A stretch of 64,000 nt of DNA from Blastocystis sp. Blastoise. Taxonomy: Eukaryota; Protista; Bigyra: Opalinata. Location: assembly GCA_039096225.1 (NCBI GenBank), contig JBBPEB010000026.1:372001-436000 (forward strand). The letters are read 5' to 3'. Within the stretch, counting starts at the first letter, position 1, and every line of letters begins with the position of its first letter. The translations under genes were made by a program, and so were the position numbers. Of the stretch, positions 1-31,467 are shown in pieces. Below the pieces are notes generated by a model. It ran no database searches. It saw only the letters and a program-made list of their open reading frames with translations, and was not told where the DNA came from.

Positions 1-165
1 GACCAATTCTTTTTTTATCATCGGATTTTGTGTTCTCATTGTTTTTGACTATTTCTAAAGAGTACTCTTATTCATATGAATAAAAAGAAATTATAAAGAA
101 GAAAGAAAAATGGAAGTCGACACCATTTCATTGCATAGTACTTCATTTATTTCAGTTGATTCCAT
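1..165 (-). CDS. Possible 5' end of a gene running off the window (hypothetical protein)
   Basis: ATG at 165 (MESTEINEVLCNEM), a possible GT-AG intron and an open frame to the window edge; divergent from the gene at 375. No recognisable homology. Confidence 0.25.
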
Positions 166-374
166 CTAGTTCCATAAATAATGAACTTTCACACAATAAA
201 ATGATATTCAATAGAATAAATCATAAAGATATAAGTGTTTTAAGATGAAAAAAGAATACCTCATAATCGCGGGAAAATAGGAGAAACTTGGAGATCCTTT
301 GATTTCCATGTTTTTGAGATAGAAATGAGGAATTTTTGTATTTACTTTTTAATTACAAGTGTTCATATACAGAA

Positions 375-2711
<2,337 letters not shown>

Positions 2712-3354
2712 ATTCTTATGTTTATTCTATAGTTAAATAATATTAATCTATAGTTTCTCATGATTTATTTATGAATAAATTCTATTTTCATCTTTTCATT
2801 TTATTATCATCCATGATTTTATATATATACTAATTGACATGTTACGCAATTTTTGACTTAGTTACTACTCTTTTATTTTAATATATTATTGCTATTTTGT
2901 TTTTCTATTTTGATCATCTTTTTTATTTTGTCTGTATTATCTATCGGTTATTACTGATAATCCTCTTTTTGATCTCTTGCTTTTCTCTTTTCTTTGTTTA
3001 GTTTTACAAACACTATATTTATGAATTAGTATTAATTATTTTCTTGACTAAATAATAAATTTATTTTTTACATGAGAAATATCAATCGATAATTTCATTA
3101 TATAATTTGTTTTACACAATATCGCTTGCTTCTTCTTCTCTCATCACTCATTTTTTTTTCTATTTAATTTCATATTCATTATAAACTATTTAAAAGTATA
3201 AAAAAAATTGTAATATTGAAAAATATGACATTTTCGCTTTTTTAACAACAGTTTACTTGGGAATTCATTATCAAGAATTAATACATATTTAGGCTTTTAT
3301 TATTCTTAGTTTAGATTCATTATTAGAAAATTATATAATATCGTAAATAGAATT

Positions 3355-6736
<3,382 letters not shown>

Positions 6737-7154
6737 GAAAAATCTATACATATATAAATATATAAAGGGAATAATAAATATTTTCTTATAATACTATATT
6801 TCATGTATATATATTCCTTTTAATAATAATAATTTTTTTTTTCTTTTTTTCTTTTCCTCTTTTCACCTTGGATATTTCTCTTATTTTCCTGTGTATATAT
6901 TCATTACGTAGACTATATCTCTTTCAATATATATATTTGTGTTATGTAAAAATAGTATTATGTTTATATATGTTTTGTTGATCTATGTATTTTTATTTAT
7001 ATACAAAACAAAATACATACATATGTATTTATTAATTTTAATATAATTCAGTTATATCAAGAAATAATAATGAATTGTTAAAAAATGACATAGAATAGAT
7101 TAAATAGAAGAAGTGGAATTCAATAAATAGAATTGATTGTATATAATAATAGAT

Positions 7155-7192
<38 letters not shown>

Positions 7193-7200
7193 TGATTTGT

Positions 7201-7899
7201 TTAAAATCGTATTTCTTCAAGTTTATAATCTTCAACTTTAAATGATCCACTATATTTATTCAGATTATTTCTGAAATATTCAGTATAACACTCACTATCA
7301 GGGAATGCAGACCAAGGGGCAGACATATACTTATATTCATGTTTTATATAATTATCTCTAGTATCCTTATAATAATAATAGCAATAAGAATAAATAAGAA
7401 AATAAGAAAGAAAGAATATCCTAATGTATATAAGATATATAAAGCAATTATTATTGTATAATTATATATTAATTATCATTAGTATTATTTATATATATAT
7501 ATATATAGAGAAAGAGATTATATATATATACAATAAAGTATCTATGTTCTACTACCCTAACGATAACTTCATCAATACGACAATAATACTGACTGAGAAC
7601 AAATATATAGGAAGGCATGACTCTCTAGGGGAGGAAGAGATAGAGATATATATAGTGTGAAATAGTATATATATATATAAGGATGATATATAGATAATAA
7701 GAAAAGCTATAATAAATATTATATACATATAATAATAATAATATATCTAATATACATGATAAATATATATATATATATATATACAGTTTTAATAACTAAT
7801 TGGCCAATGCCGTTATCATGATAATCATCCTCCAATAATATTACACTTCCATATCTATATATATATATATATAGAATCATAACATAGTACACAAAACAA

Positions 7900-7936
<37 letters not shown>

Positions 7937-8666
7937 CTGTAGAATATCTTCATGTCTCATAAGGCGGTTCATATCAATCTTCTCTTCTGTAGGCTGATAT
8001 TCTTTAGAACATTCTGTCTTCCCTCCATATCTATAATATATAATATATAATATATATATATAATATATATATTATATATATTATATATATTATATATATT
8101 ATATATAATATATATAATATATAACATATATAATAAAAAATATAATATATAACATATATAACACACATAAAATAATACATAATATCACATACATAATATA
8201 CAAAAAAAATAAAAATATTACATATTTAAATAAATTCAAAAATAATATAAAATAATTAAAAAAATGAATACAAAGATAAAAATGTCCAATCATATCCATC
8301 AGAAAAAGTAGTAATTTCTTGATCCTTTGAATCTACTGTTAATTTTAAATTCCATTTTTTATTCGTATTAATAGTTACTTGAGGAATCTCACCTTCTTTA
8401 CATCGATTCTTCATATAATCAAGCGCATTAAAACTAAGTCGGAAATTATAGATGTCATTCTTGATGTCAACAGTATTTTGATCAAATACCATTTCTGGAA
8501 ATTTCATTTTAATTTCTTTTTCCTTAGCAAAGACTTCAGCCAAAGGCATGATAGGTTTGCTCGCTTCTATCATAACTGTCCAGTTATTGTATGTTAATAT
8601 ATTTAATGGATTACTAAGTTAACCATGATCTATCATGGACATACTTTTTTCTTTCTTAGACTCCAT
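7201..8666 (-). CDS. TIP41: TIP41/TIPRL-like protein (PP2A regulator)
   Basis: Motifs FPEMVFDQN, SFNALD, YDWTF, EKIDMNRLMRHEDIL, LLEDDYHDNG, RVMPSYIFVL..YCRIDEVIVR; the first exon junction is ambiguous. Confidence 0.9.
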
Positions 8667-9088
8667 TTTCCTATAAATATCTTTTACTCAACAAATTGTC
8701 TTGATTTAATAATATATCACTATATTTCAATCTAAAAAATTGTAAGAAATATTTACAAAAACACCTAAATCCACAAAAAAGAATTCAGCTTTGGAAAAAC
8801 AATCTCGTTAGAAAAAAAGCACTTATCTTTTTTTATCTTAAAAGACAACCTAGCCATTAAAAATATAAGTTCATTGCTATTGATAGTCTGTCATAATAAA
8901 ACAACAATACTAATGAATAATGATTCAATGCACAAATACATTTTCAAGAATATGAAAAATAAAAAAATTAAAAAGTATATTCTAAAATAGAGAAAGAATA
9001 ATTATATAATATCATAATTTAAAAAAAAAACAAAATTTAAATATAAGGCATAAAACAACAAATTTAAATAATTACTATATAAAAACTA

Positions 9089-9940
9089 TTATTCTTCACC
9101 GCTATCGATGTCCTCATCAACATTTTGTTCAGTCTCACCACTGAATAAAGAAAGAATTTGTGTTAATTGTTCATTCTTCTTTTGAATGGATTGCTTTATT
9201 AAATCGATTTTTTGTTCTATTTCTTTAATTAAATTATTTGTTTTATGAATATTACTATATATTGAATATTATTTTATGTTATTTAATTATTTAATAAATA
9301 ATAAGAATAAGATACAATTCAAAAAAAATAATATTCTATAGAAATAGATATACTTTTGAAGTTTTTCTCGGGATTCCTTTTTATTGACTTGAATAGACAA
9401 TGATTCAATTTCATTATCTTCGATCAACTGTCCAGACATTGAATCAATTGATTTATGTGTTTCCTGGATAGACTCAATTACTTCTGATAATTCCTTTTCT
9501 AATAAATAATTAGAATCGTAAATAAGTTATATTTATGATTATTCAGATAATTATTTGTGATTTAATTACTAAAAAAATACCATAAGAGACTTGTGATGAT
9601 TGAAGAACAGAAACATCTTTCGATAAAGAGTTTATAGTCTTTTGAGCTATTCCTAATTCCATGTCTAGATGATCAAAACATTGTAATAATCTTTGATATG
9701 GCAATTCACTTTGATAAATAAAAGTAATCTATAATAATGAAGAGATAATATACATTGAATTCTTTTCAACTCGAATATTCTTAATGAAGTCAACAAGTGA
9801 GTTCATACATATCGACACTGAAGCATCAGCTGTCAACCAAACAGTCATTCTTTCGTGAACACGTTTTGTTAGCAACAAAGTCTCTATGAAAAAAATAGAT
9901 TTTATTTAATCTAATGATATATACCTTCGTTATTCGCCAT
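9089..9940 (-). CDS. THO complex subunit 7 (THOC7/Mft1)-like coiled-coil protein, 5 exons
   Basis: Not in the ORF track because the exons are short. The spliced product MANNEETLLLTKRV...PYQRLLQCFDHLDMELGIAQK...NEIESLSIQVNKKESREKLQ resembles THOC7 YQRMLSTL and EYDALAKVIQHHPDRHET; ~200 aa with an acidic tail. Confidence 0.55.
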
Positions 9941-10774
9941 AATAATAATACAAAACAACAATGAAATAAATTATGGAAATCAATAAAAGAATAGTTACAG
10001 ACAAAGAAACTCCCATGAAAATGAGTATTTGTTAATAATTATCTTCTACTATGTCATAGTTTCTTAGATTCATTTATTATTCACATTATTACATAGAATA
10101 GTTTCTTTAAAGAATCAATAAGTCATTAAAGTATGTAAATTAAACTTTGATTTTACTAAATGACGAATAATATAGCTTGATAAGAGTGGTTTTTAAATTA
10201 TTTTGTCATATAGGATAGATAACAATTTTAATATAAAACAATTTATTTGTTTTAATCAAAAAATGACAATGGTAACTATTATTTTTACACAAATGTGAAT
10301 TTCCTATAACACATTAATCTATAACTGTTACTAAAATGAAAATTGAATGAACAATATATAGTTTTCTAGTGAGAAATCAGCAATAATATATTTGAAACAA
10401 TGAATTATTCCATAAAAATTCATTGTTAAGTTAAGTCATACCATTTTAATCATAGAAATACTTAAATTTCATCATAATTATGTGAACAAAGAATGGTGGC
10501 ATCTGAATATTTTGTTCTTTAGTCATAGTATCATTAATTATAGACTATCACATGTATTTCTATTGTGTCAATCAACAATAAATCATGGTTTATGCATCAA
10601 TAAGGCCCAAAAGTATAAAAAGAAAAGAGAAAAAAAAATGAAAAATATCAAAATAAACTGAGATGACTCATTATAACCGTGATAATTAAGTGAACAAGAC
10701 CTTCTTGAATTGACTTAAAAAATTCAAACAAGAATTTCATATTTAGGAAACGATTACTTATTAATAAAAAACAT

Positions 10775-14482
<3,708 letters not shown>

Positions 14483-14857
14483 CAATATAATTATAATACT
14501 TGTAATCTATACATCATCATCTCTTTTTAATCTTTTTTCTTATTATTGTTGATGTCTTTTTTATTTTTATTCATAGTGTTTTTTCTGTCTTATTCTAGTT
14601 TACTTTTTATTATTCATTATTACACAACATTTTAACCCATATGTTCTTTTATCAAGCAAATGACAAGTATCAAGAAACATATTATATATGTGTTGTAAAT
14701 AATAAAATAATTTTATAATGATAGTTATAAAAAAAAATAAAATGAAAAATATAACTTGATCCTAAATTAATATTGTGTATAAGAAAAAAAAAGTAAAACA
14801 AACAATACAAATATCTCATTAAGGTCTGAACTCTTTTTGGAATCATATATATCTCTT

Positions 14858-15550
14858 TTAGACAACACCAATACGAGTAGCTACATCAAGAGCTTCAGTA
14901 TCAGCAGGAAGACGAACATAGGCCTTCTTAAGTCCATCGGGACGAATAAGAGTATTGACGTGATCTACTTCAACATTATATAAATCCTTAATAGCCTTAG
15001 CAATTTGTCTCTTGTTAGCACGAATATCAACAATGAAAACAAGGGTGTTTTCTTGCTATAGATATAAAATAATATTAATTATTATTAAATAAATTATATA
15101 TATATATAAAGAAGATTTTTTTTTAAATGAAAAAATATAAAGTTGAGATCTATTCAATTTTTAAAAAATAAAATGAATAAAAACAGAAGTTAAAAGTAGA
15201 AAAGTTGAAATCTGAAAACATAGTTCGACCTTCTTCATAGCAGTTTCAGTGGTAAGAGGATACTTGATAGTGGTGAATTTGTCAAGAGCACTATCGGAAG
15301 CGAAAGACTTACGAGCATACTTGGGATTACGAGCAAGCTTGAGAGTCTTAGGAAGATAGAAATGAACCTTGGTGTGAATGTGACCAACCTTCTTCTTATT
15401 TTCACCCTTAACCTTTTTAGCAGCGTTGACAGCTTGAGCACACATAAATGAGTCAATTGGAAAATATTATATTTGATTTATAAGAAATGTGTTAATAAAG
15501 CACATAACGTAGAGATATCGATGATGAAACATACCTTGAGCAGGAGCCAT
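14858..15550 (-). CDS. RPL23A: 60S ribosomal protein L23a (uL23)
   Basis: [58 protein letters not shown]; the intron 2 donor reads CT instead of GT. Confidence 0.97.
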
Positions 15551-16232
15551 GATTATGAGAATGACCTTAATAAATTATAAACCAGTGCCTATAAATTATT
15601 GGGAAAATTTTTTGTCTTTATGAAAGTACGATCCAGGGGGTACAAAGAAAAGAATTGAAAAAGCCTAAAAAGAAAACTGATTTTTTATTTATCCCCACCC
15701 ACTTATCACAAATTCTACATTTTTTCTTAGGTCACAATTCTCGAATATTCACGGTTTATTTTTTCATATTCATAAATACTTTATATACTTAGTTTGACTT
15801 TATTATTTCATTGATATATGTATGAGTTTGACAGATAGATCTGAGTTTGAATTTAAATAGTTGGAAACGAATATAAATAAAGAATTACAACTAAATACTG
15901 ATGGGTAGTGTTCACGTGTTGTTTTTCGTATGTGATTTTTCCTTGTATACGTTTTTTATATAAAATTCAATTCATTTTTTATGGTTTTTATGAGAATTTG
16001 AAAATCATTTATAATAAATGTGGTCAACGATAAAATAAAATGATTAGAAACGTTTGTATTTATTTATAAAAGTTTGAAATGCAAGAGAACAAAATAAAAA
16101 TGATAGAAAAACTAAGTCTATATCAAAATATAATTCTAAATAGTATATAAAAACTAGAAATGATCAAATCTATAAGTAGTAAGAATAATTATTATTTTAT
16201 TAACATGAAAAAATAACGAATATTTGAAATCA

Positions 16233-17702
16233 TTACTCAATTTTAGCATCCGAAAGAGCTATAAATAGATGTTTAATAAAAATATTGAATTTTTAAATAG
16301 TATATTATATAGTATCATGATTATCATTATAAAAAACATAATAAACAATTAAAATACCTTTCTTCCAAATATCTGTTCTATTTCTCATAACGCTATGTAG
16401 ATATGTTTTCGTAGCTGTAAGATGATAACTAAGGTAACTACGGAAGGAGATAAGACCCTGTATAGTTTTCTCTCTATTCTTAGGAATCATGTGTTCTTTA
16501 TTTAAACCTATATTTATAGTATATAAATATTCTAGGAAAATATAGAGATATATAATATAATTGTAGTTGATAATAAAGTATTATAAATAGTAATCTAGTG
16601 AATGTTATATGTTTAATTAAAGAAATAGTATATATAATTATTATGACTATCATTATTAGAAAATATTTCTTAATAGAAAGAGTATATTATGATAGTATAT
16701 ATACATATAGAAAAAAAGTAAATAATAAATAATAATAATAAATATAATAATCATAATCATAATAATAAGTACAATACTATATAATAATAATAATAATCAT
16801 AATCATAATAATAGTATTCTATATATAGATACAGAAAGTGATGAATCCAACATTTGGTTGAACTGAGAAAGTGCATGATTTTAGATCTTCAGGAACTGTT
16901 TTAGAGAAAGTACAGGAAGGAGCAGAAGGAGCTGTACGTTGAGTTTCAGAGAATTCCTGTAAGAATATACTAGCTATACCAATATTATTACTGTCATTAA
17001 TATGTATAGAATAAGTAATCATAATATTCTTTGATGATCCGTACATATACCTAAATAAAGATTGAATAGAATGAGAATACTTATACTATTATAATTGTAC
17101 ACAGATAAACATAATATATACAAAGATAAATATATATATACATAGATAAATATATAAATATATTATATAAATATATATATTATATAAATATAAATAAATA
17201 AACATATAAATATATAAAAAATAAAACAAAAAAAAATAAAATACATGATTTCTGGTGAATTAATAGGAAATTCATAAATAGGTAAAGTGGTAATAGAATT
17301 GGCACAGAAAGAATCAAATAAATAATTGAAAGGACATGATAATATGACTATTCTCAATCTAGCTAATTTCATCGCATAGGATTCTATTTGACTTGAATCT
17401 TTACACTCAGCGAGAATCGATACATTATATCCTTGAATAGGTTGAGAACAAATTTGACCAGGAAACATAGAATTCAAAACATCCATAATTCCCCAATTTG
17501 CTATAGTTTCCCAGCAGTTAACTTTCACAGACACATAAAGAGAATCTTGAGGTTTTGATCTTAAAATGAAATAAGTTACACCATCATATTCTGCATCAGT
17601 GATCATAGCAACATCCTTAGGATTTAACATGCAATTTACAATATGTGTATACACAACAGTATTGTAATCTTTTATAAAGAAATAAGCATTATCAGTTGAC
17701 AT
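16233..17702 (-). CDS. ARPC2: Arp2/3 complex subunit 2 (p34-Arc)
   Basis: EYDGVTY, GYNVS, SIFLQEFSE..R.APSAPSCTFS, VGFITF, LISFRSYLSYHLTATKTYLHSVMRNR; 3 canonical introns. Confidence 0.9.
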
Positions 17703-18509
17703 TGTTCAAATACCAATATAATCAAACAAGAAAAATCTTCACTTGAAAAGATCTATTATGAAAAAATGACTTCTTTGAGTTGAATTTTTAAAATCTTCAT
17801 AATTATTCAACATGTGAATAGAAATATACATTATGTCAATATTCTCAAGTTCTTAAAAATAAATTACTTTATATTTTACTTTCTCTTTGTAATTAAGATC
17901 GTATGAAACTAAAACATAGGAGTCAACAGCTCATTTCAATACTTTTAATCTGAACTTCAATTATATCTGAGTTATTTATTTATTTATTATTATGAGCATT
18001 GTGTTTTAATTATGTTATTATATATTTTTACACTGATCTTCAATAATTATATAAATATTCAACAGAAGGAAGTCCTATTCTCCAATAGTACGTTACTCAT
18101 TATATATAAAAATAGATTTTAGAACAGCTCCACTAAAAAACACCTAAATCAAAGAATCCATGAAAAACACTTTATTGCTAAAGCCATCAATAAAGCAAGA
18201 TCAATGATATTTGTATACTCTTTATGATTGGTTGCAAATATTTCAAATGAGGAATTTCATTAATATGATAAGAAAGGTCAATAAATGTCAAAAATGTTGT
18301 GTCAAGAAACAAAAAAACTTGTTTTCCTAATAATAAATACTAAGAAGATGTTGATATTGTACTATAATATGTAACAAAAAATAAATAACAATTTTTACAT
18401 CAATTATTAAGATTTAATTAAACTAACTATAATAGAAAACAAAAATTTTAAAAACAAAAATTTTTCTTTTTCTTTTTCTTTTCTATAAAAGTGAGTTTAT
18501 CTTTATAAA

Positions 18510-18905
18510 ATGGAAAATAGAAGCTTAAAATTTTGTCCTAATTGGTATATACATATACCTTATTTCACCTTACTCGAATATAGTAACAACTTGTTATTCC
18601 CCTATGAGTCAAGTCGTGATTTATCAAGACAATTCGGATTTAGATGTAAACGATGTCCATATACAGAACCATCAGAACCAGCTTGTGTATACAATTTCCA
18701 ATTTAAAAAGACTGTAGAAGAAAAGAAGGTATTTACTGGTATTACAAGTGATCCAACACTTCCTAAAGCAAGAGATGCCATTTGTCCTCATTGTGGAGAA
18801 AAAGGAGCAGTATATTTTCAAGCACATGGAAATGAAAAGGAAGCTATGGCTCTTATATTTGTATGTTTACATTGTCAGAAGAGTTGGAAAAATAAAACAC
18901 AGTAG
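18510..18905 (+). CDS. RPB9: RNA polymerase II subunit RPB9 (two Zn ribbons; 39-nt in-frame intron 18545-18583)
   Basis: KFCPNCNNLLFP after splicing, CKRC, SDPTLP, CPHCG..AVYFQ, ALIFVCLHC..W. Confidence 0.92.
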   Translation: MENRSLKFCPNWYIHIPYFTLLEYSNNLLFPYESSRDLSRQFGFRCKRCPYTEPSEPACVYNFQFKKTVEEKKVFTGITSDPTLPKARDAICPHCGEKGAVYFQAHGNEKEAMALIFVCLHCQKSWKNKTQ

Positions 18906-19453
18906 TTTCATTGTCTTTATCTATATATTTAATTGTTGTATTCTAATTTTAAATTATTGAGATTATTGTTTTATTTTGTACTCGATCCTAGTTTTTAGTA
19001 AAATATAAAAAATAGATTTAAAAACAATAACATCTACGTTAATGAAAAATTTCATTATATCAATTAATGATAATTATATATATTCAATGAAGAATAGAAT
19101 TATCATCAAATAAAAACTAATAGAAAATATGAAATAAAATGAAAAAGAAAAAATTTATAAAAACTAGATAGAATACAAAAGTTGAAAATAAAAAATATAG
19201 AAAAAAGTATATAAAAACCCCCAAAAGGTATTATAAATAAACTTTAAACATTATAAAAACACAATTCATAAAATATTGGTAAAGAAATGAAATATATATA
19301 TAATGAATAATATAATATAATAATGCTCTTGATTGCTCTAAAACGAATGAACTCTGTGGTTTCATAATTATATATATATATGGATTAAAGAACAGTATTA
19401 TGAATATGAATATGAATATGATTTGATTTATTGATAATTAATATATAATAATA

Positions 19454-21899
19454 TTATAAGACATCCGGTAATACTCTACGACAAGTAGGACAATCGGGTT
19501 TAATCTCTAACCAATGAGAGAGACACTCCTTGTGAAATATATGATTGCATGGTGTTACCATATATTCATTATGATCGTTTAAGTCGACGTCACACATACA
19601 TATAACACACTCTATTGGCTCATCCTAGAAGAGGAAATAGAGTAGATATATATAAGGAAGTGGATATAATATAGAGAGAATATATAGATATATAAGAGAG
19701 AGATTTAGATAAAAGTATAAACATAGATAGATAAGTATAGAAGATATATATATATAAGCATAAACACAGATAGATATAAAAAGAATATAATAAAAGATAA
19801 TTATAACAAAAAATATGAATAATAAATAAAAGATTGAGATTCAATACATTAATGATATTAAATAAGTATAATAATAATAAATATAATAATAAATATAATA
19901 ATAAGTATAATAATATACAGAATTAATAACGGGTATGCGATGATAATCGTAATAATTGGGTCGTAGTACTTTAGGAACAAAACAGAAGGGTCCATATCGT
20001 TTTTGAAGAACTAAAAGAACACCCTAAGAACAATAATAAATAAAATTGAAATATACGAGAGAATAATGAAATAAACATAGTAATAAAAAGATAAAAATGA
20101 AATAAACGAGAGAATAATGAAATAAAATTGAAATAACCGAGGGAATAAAAAGATAAAATTGAAATAAACATATTCATAAATAAATAAAATTGAAATAAAC
20201 ATAAGAATAAAAAGATAAAAAAAATATATATATATACTTGTGTATAAGTAAATAGAACAATAGCTAGTAGTATTTTCATATTAAGAGACTTGCCCATATA
20301 GACAGTATATAAGTTATAAGGACATAAAGAGAGGTAAAGAAGAAGAAGAGTACGAGAGATAGTTATAGTGATGATGAAACGATATGAATAAGGAGGTCGT
20401 TGGGAATTGAGGAAATTGGAAACAATCTATAGAAAAATCATGGAAATAATAAGAAGGAAATTTTAATGAAAAAAAAGAGAGAATAACCATAGAATAATAA
20501 ACTACAACAAAAATAATAAAGAATAAATATAGTGAATAATAATAGTTATATATACTTGTGGAATCCAGAAAGAGAAAAGACCAGCTAATAATACATATGT
20601 AAATATACTGATATTAAAAAGTAGAATCATTCCTAAAAGAAGAAACACATAAAGTTTTATATAAAGTAAACTAATTTGTTTTCGTATTTGTTGAAATCCT
20701 TGTTCAAAAAGAAGATTATTTTGAGATTTCCATACAATTAAATATAACCTCAATTCTACAAAAATAGCTAAGAAGAACTTATGAATAGTGACTCCAACTA
20801 GTTCTTGGAAAATAAAGGGTTGACCAATAGCGAGAGACATATGAAATAAAGAGAGTATGGCATCTAAGATACATTGAAGACCTATACTATTTAGAGAAAG
20901 ACGACTTTGTTGAGAAATTGAACTCAATGTATCTAATTCTGATATATATACAAGACATTCAATAAAGGTAACCACCACAGTAAAGAAACTATACCAACGT
21001 GTTTTTGTACTTAAATAAGATATATTTGTAGCCAGACCATCTAATTCAAATTCTATATATTGACCACAATTTGAACTTGATAAACCACCTGTAAAATTAT
21101 AATATTGAGAGTTTACAGTTCCATAAGTAGGAGATAATTTATTCTCTTTATTTGGATAAATATCATTTACAGAAGAGTCGAAACGATAGAAACAACGATT
21201 TAACATAGCAAGACTATGTTCTGCTGTGAAAGGAAAGACTAAGGAACGAATGGGAACGTGAGGATCGAAATCAGTTGATGACGAATTAGAAGATAAATTA
21301 TGAGGATTCAAGTAATCAGTCATATTTGGATTCTTCCAAAGAATAACTCGACGTCCTCCAGCAGTATTAGCAAACAATGTTAGTCGACGAGTCGGTACAA
21401 AAAACATACCATTCAAATTCAACGAAAGAAATTGATCGTCATTTTTCTCTTTATTAGAAAATGAGACTGTTGCTGACACAGCATGGAGATGATTAATTGA
21501 GCTTTCCATGTCAACTATTCTCATTTGGAATTCTCCTGATTCATAGGGTAATGTTCTATTATACATTGGACGCTGCTGCACAAACTGAACATCTGCAGTA
21601 TAATTCTCATCTTTACTCACTACATATGGTTGAGGGATTCGTTTCCATCGACCATAGTAGGTTCCAGAAAGACTTTTTTCTGTAGAATTCATTTGATAGA
21701 AGGTAGTGTTAAGATCATTTGATAAAACCTTTTGCATATTCAAAAATAACTGTCTTGCTTTGAATTCTTCTTCAGTCATTCTTAATCGAGGATTGGTAGA
21801 ATCTTCTATTGTCGAATTCATTAACATCATGAAGAACATAAACATTAACAAACTTCTAAATGTATCGATAAGATCATATTGAGGATTATTACCTTCCAT
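19454..21899 (-). CDS. Transmembrane RING-H2 E3 ubiquitin ligase (Tul1/Dsc1/FLY-like)
   Basis: Lumenal N-domain, multiple TM helices, SFWIPQIV, C-terminal C-x2-C...TPCNHIFHKECLSHWLELKPDCPTCRRVLP. Confidence 0.88.
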
Positions 21900-22228
21900 G
21901 ATGTCTAAAGATTCATTGAATTATATTTAAAAATATACAGAAATAACTAAATATCAAATATATATATACTTTATTATTAATTAATTGAATAATACAAAGA
22001 ATTATCAAATGAACAAAGAAATGTGATAAGTATTTTTCTGAAATTGTCTTTTTAAGGCGACAATCACAGGAGTCGGAGAACACCTGGATTTATAAACTGG
22101 ATGTTTCTTCGATTCCCTCGTTTTTATAAATGGAGAAATGACTGAATATTATTTCAGTCTTTTCAACACAATTCTTCCTTATTGAATGATTATTGTCTTT
22201 TTTTTTAATATTTTGAATTTGAAAAGCG

Positions 22229-23516
22229 ATGAGTATTTGTCAAAAATGTTATTGTGAAGGGAATTTTTTATGTGAACCTATATTGCAACATCAATGGAGG
22301 AAAAGTATCTTACTTACATGTGAAGATAAAGAAGTATCGACTACAGTAGAATTCATACATATATTAAATTATTTGCAAAAGTATCCAAATCAGAGTGTTA
22401 TTGTGATACGAAATAAAATCGATAAAGATATAGTAAATTTTCAAATTCCACAACAATATGAATCAGAAAGAGAACAATACTTTAGTAGAATTAAAATAAA
22501 ATATATAGATGATTGTAAACAATTAAATATCTTTCTTCTGGGAATCAATTCTGTTTATTCCTTTGGTATGATTGTCATTGATAATTTTGACTCCTTTTTT
22601 ATGAATATGTATATTGATTATTCGAAGCAATTCATCACTAGATTATTCTTAAGATTTTTCATAATTTTTTTTTTATAGATTATTCATTGTTTTTCTTATA
22701 TTCTCTATGTATAATATTATTAATTTTTTATCAACTATTCATAGCAATATATATTTTTTATTATTATAAATGTTTATGTGATATATATATAGTAATTCTC
22801 CTTTAGACGAATGGATGAAAACCATCAGTTTTCTGACGGATGCAGTTTTATTTGAAGAAAAATAGTATTATATATATATATTTGCTTGATAAATATATCT
22901 TTTGATATATTAATTATTTCTTTATATATGTTTATATATATGTAGTAACAAAAACAGTGTTCACTCAGTAGTATGTATAAATTCAATTACAGACACGAAT
23001 TGTCGATCTTTCTCTGCATTTATAAACCAATGGTTTGTCGGGTCGATTCACGTTGCTCGTATATTTATTATATATATATTCTCTATATATCTATAAGATA
23101 TACTTATATTTATATATTATTATATATATATTCTCTATATATCTATAAGATATACTTATATTTATATATTATTATATTTATATTCTCTATATATCTATAA
23201 GATATACTTATATTTATATATTATTATATATATATTCTCTATATATCTATAAGATATACTTATATTTATATATTATTATATTTATATTCTCTATATATCT
23301 ATAAGATATACTTATATTTATATATTATTATATTTATATTCTCTATATAACTATAAGATATACTTATATTCATATATTATTATATGTATAGGTGTGTCTC
23401 AAACAGAATATGTTTTAAATCCATTAATGGTTCTCCCACCAATTAAACATCCTCATAATACTATTCAACTTACAATAGAAAAAGACTTCGTACAAGTCGA
23501 ATCTATAAATATATAA
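22229..23516 (+). CDS. SWSAP1-like (divergent RAD51-paralog/Shu complex) protein, 4 exons
   Basis: FSRIKIKYIDDCKQLNIFL and Walker-B-like GMIVIDNFDSFF resemble SWSAP1 LQKIRFQY...LLLLDGLEEYL; no Walker A. Gene structure is clear, identity is by eye. Confidence 0.45.
23079..23391 (+). repeat. Intronic minisatellite, ~45 bp unit (attctctatatatctataagatatacttatatttatatattattata) x~6
   Basis: Direct tandem repeats fill the intron. Confidence 0.85.
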
Positions 23517-23878
23517 AAAAAACTATATTGATCTTGTTTTTGTTTTACTTATTTTATTATTTTATTATGTGTGTTAACATGAATCATAAATCATATTATA
23601 GATTCTAAAACTTTATATATGCAGATAAAAAAACAAACAATAATATTGATAAACATGAATGAATGAAGAAAATAATATAAAAAAAGAAAAACTGTAAATA
23701 GAAAATGTAATAATAGAAATAGATATAATTAAATGTAAAAAGTGATGATGACGAAGATAAGAGAATAGAAACAATGTTATACACTTGATTTGTTTATAAG
23801 TACTATATACGAACAAGAATCATAAAGGAGAAATAACTATATTCAATATTTATTCATCTACTTTTAAGTGTTTGTAGT

Positions 23879-28523
<4,645 letters not shown>

Positions 28524-28732
28524 GTGGTAAATACTTTAGAAAAGAGTAAAATTATAATGAAAAATCAAAAAAATAATTCTCACAATTTCACATCAAGATA
28601 ACGGTGTATTTTGAAAAATAAACAAGAATTTTATTTTTTTCATTATTTCATAAATAAAACTTTTAGAAGACGTTTAGAAGGATTTTATTTATTAATTTAT
28701 ATTATAAGAACTAAATCTGAACAAAAACCAAA

Positions 28733-31467
<2,735 letters not shown>

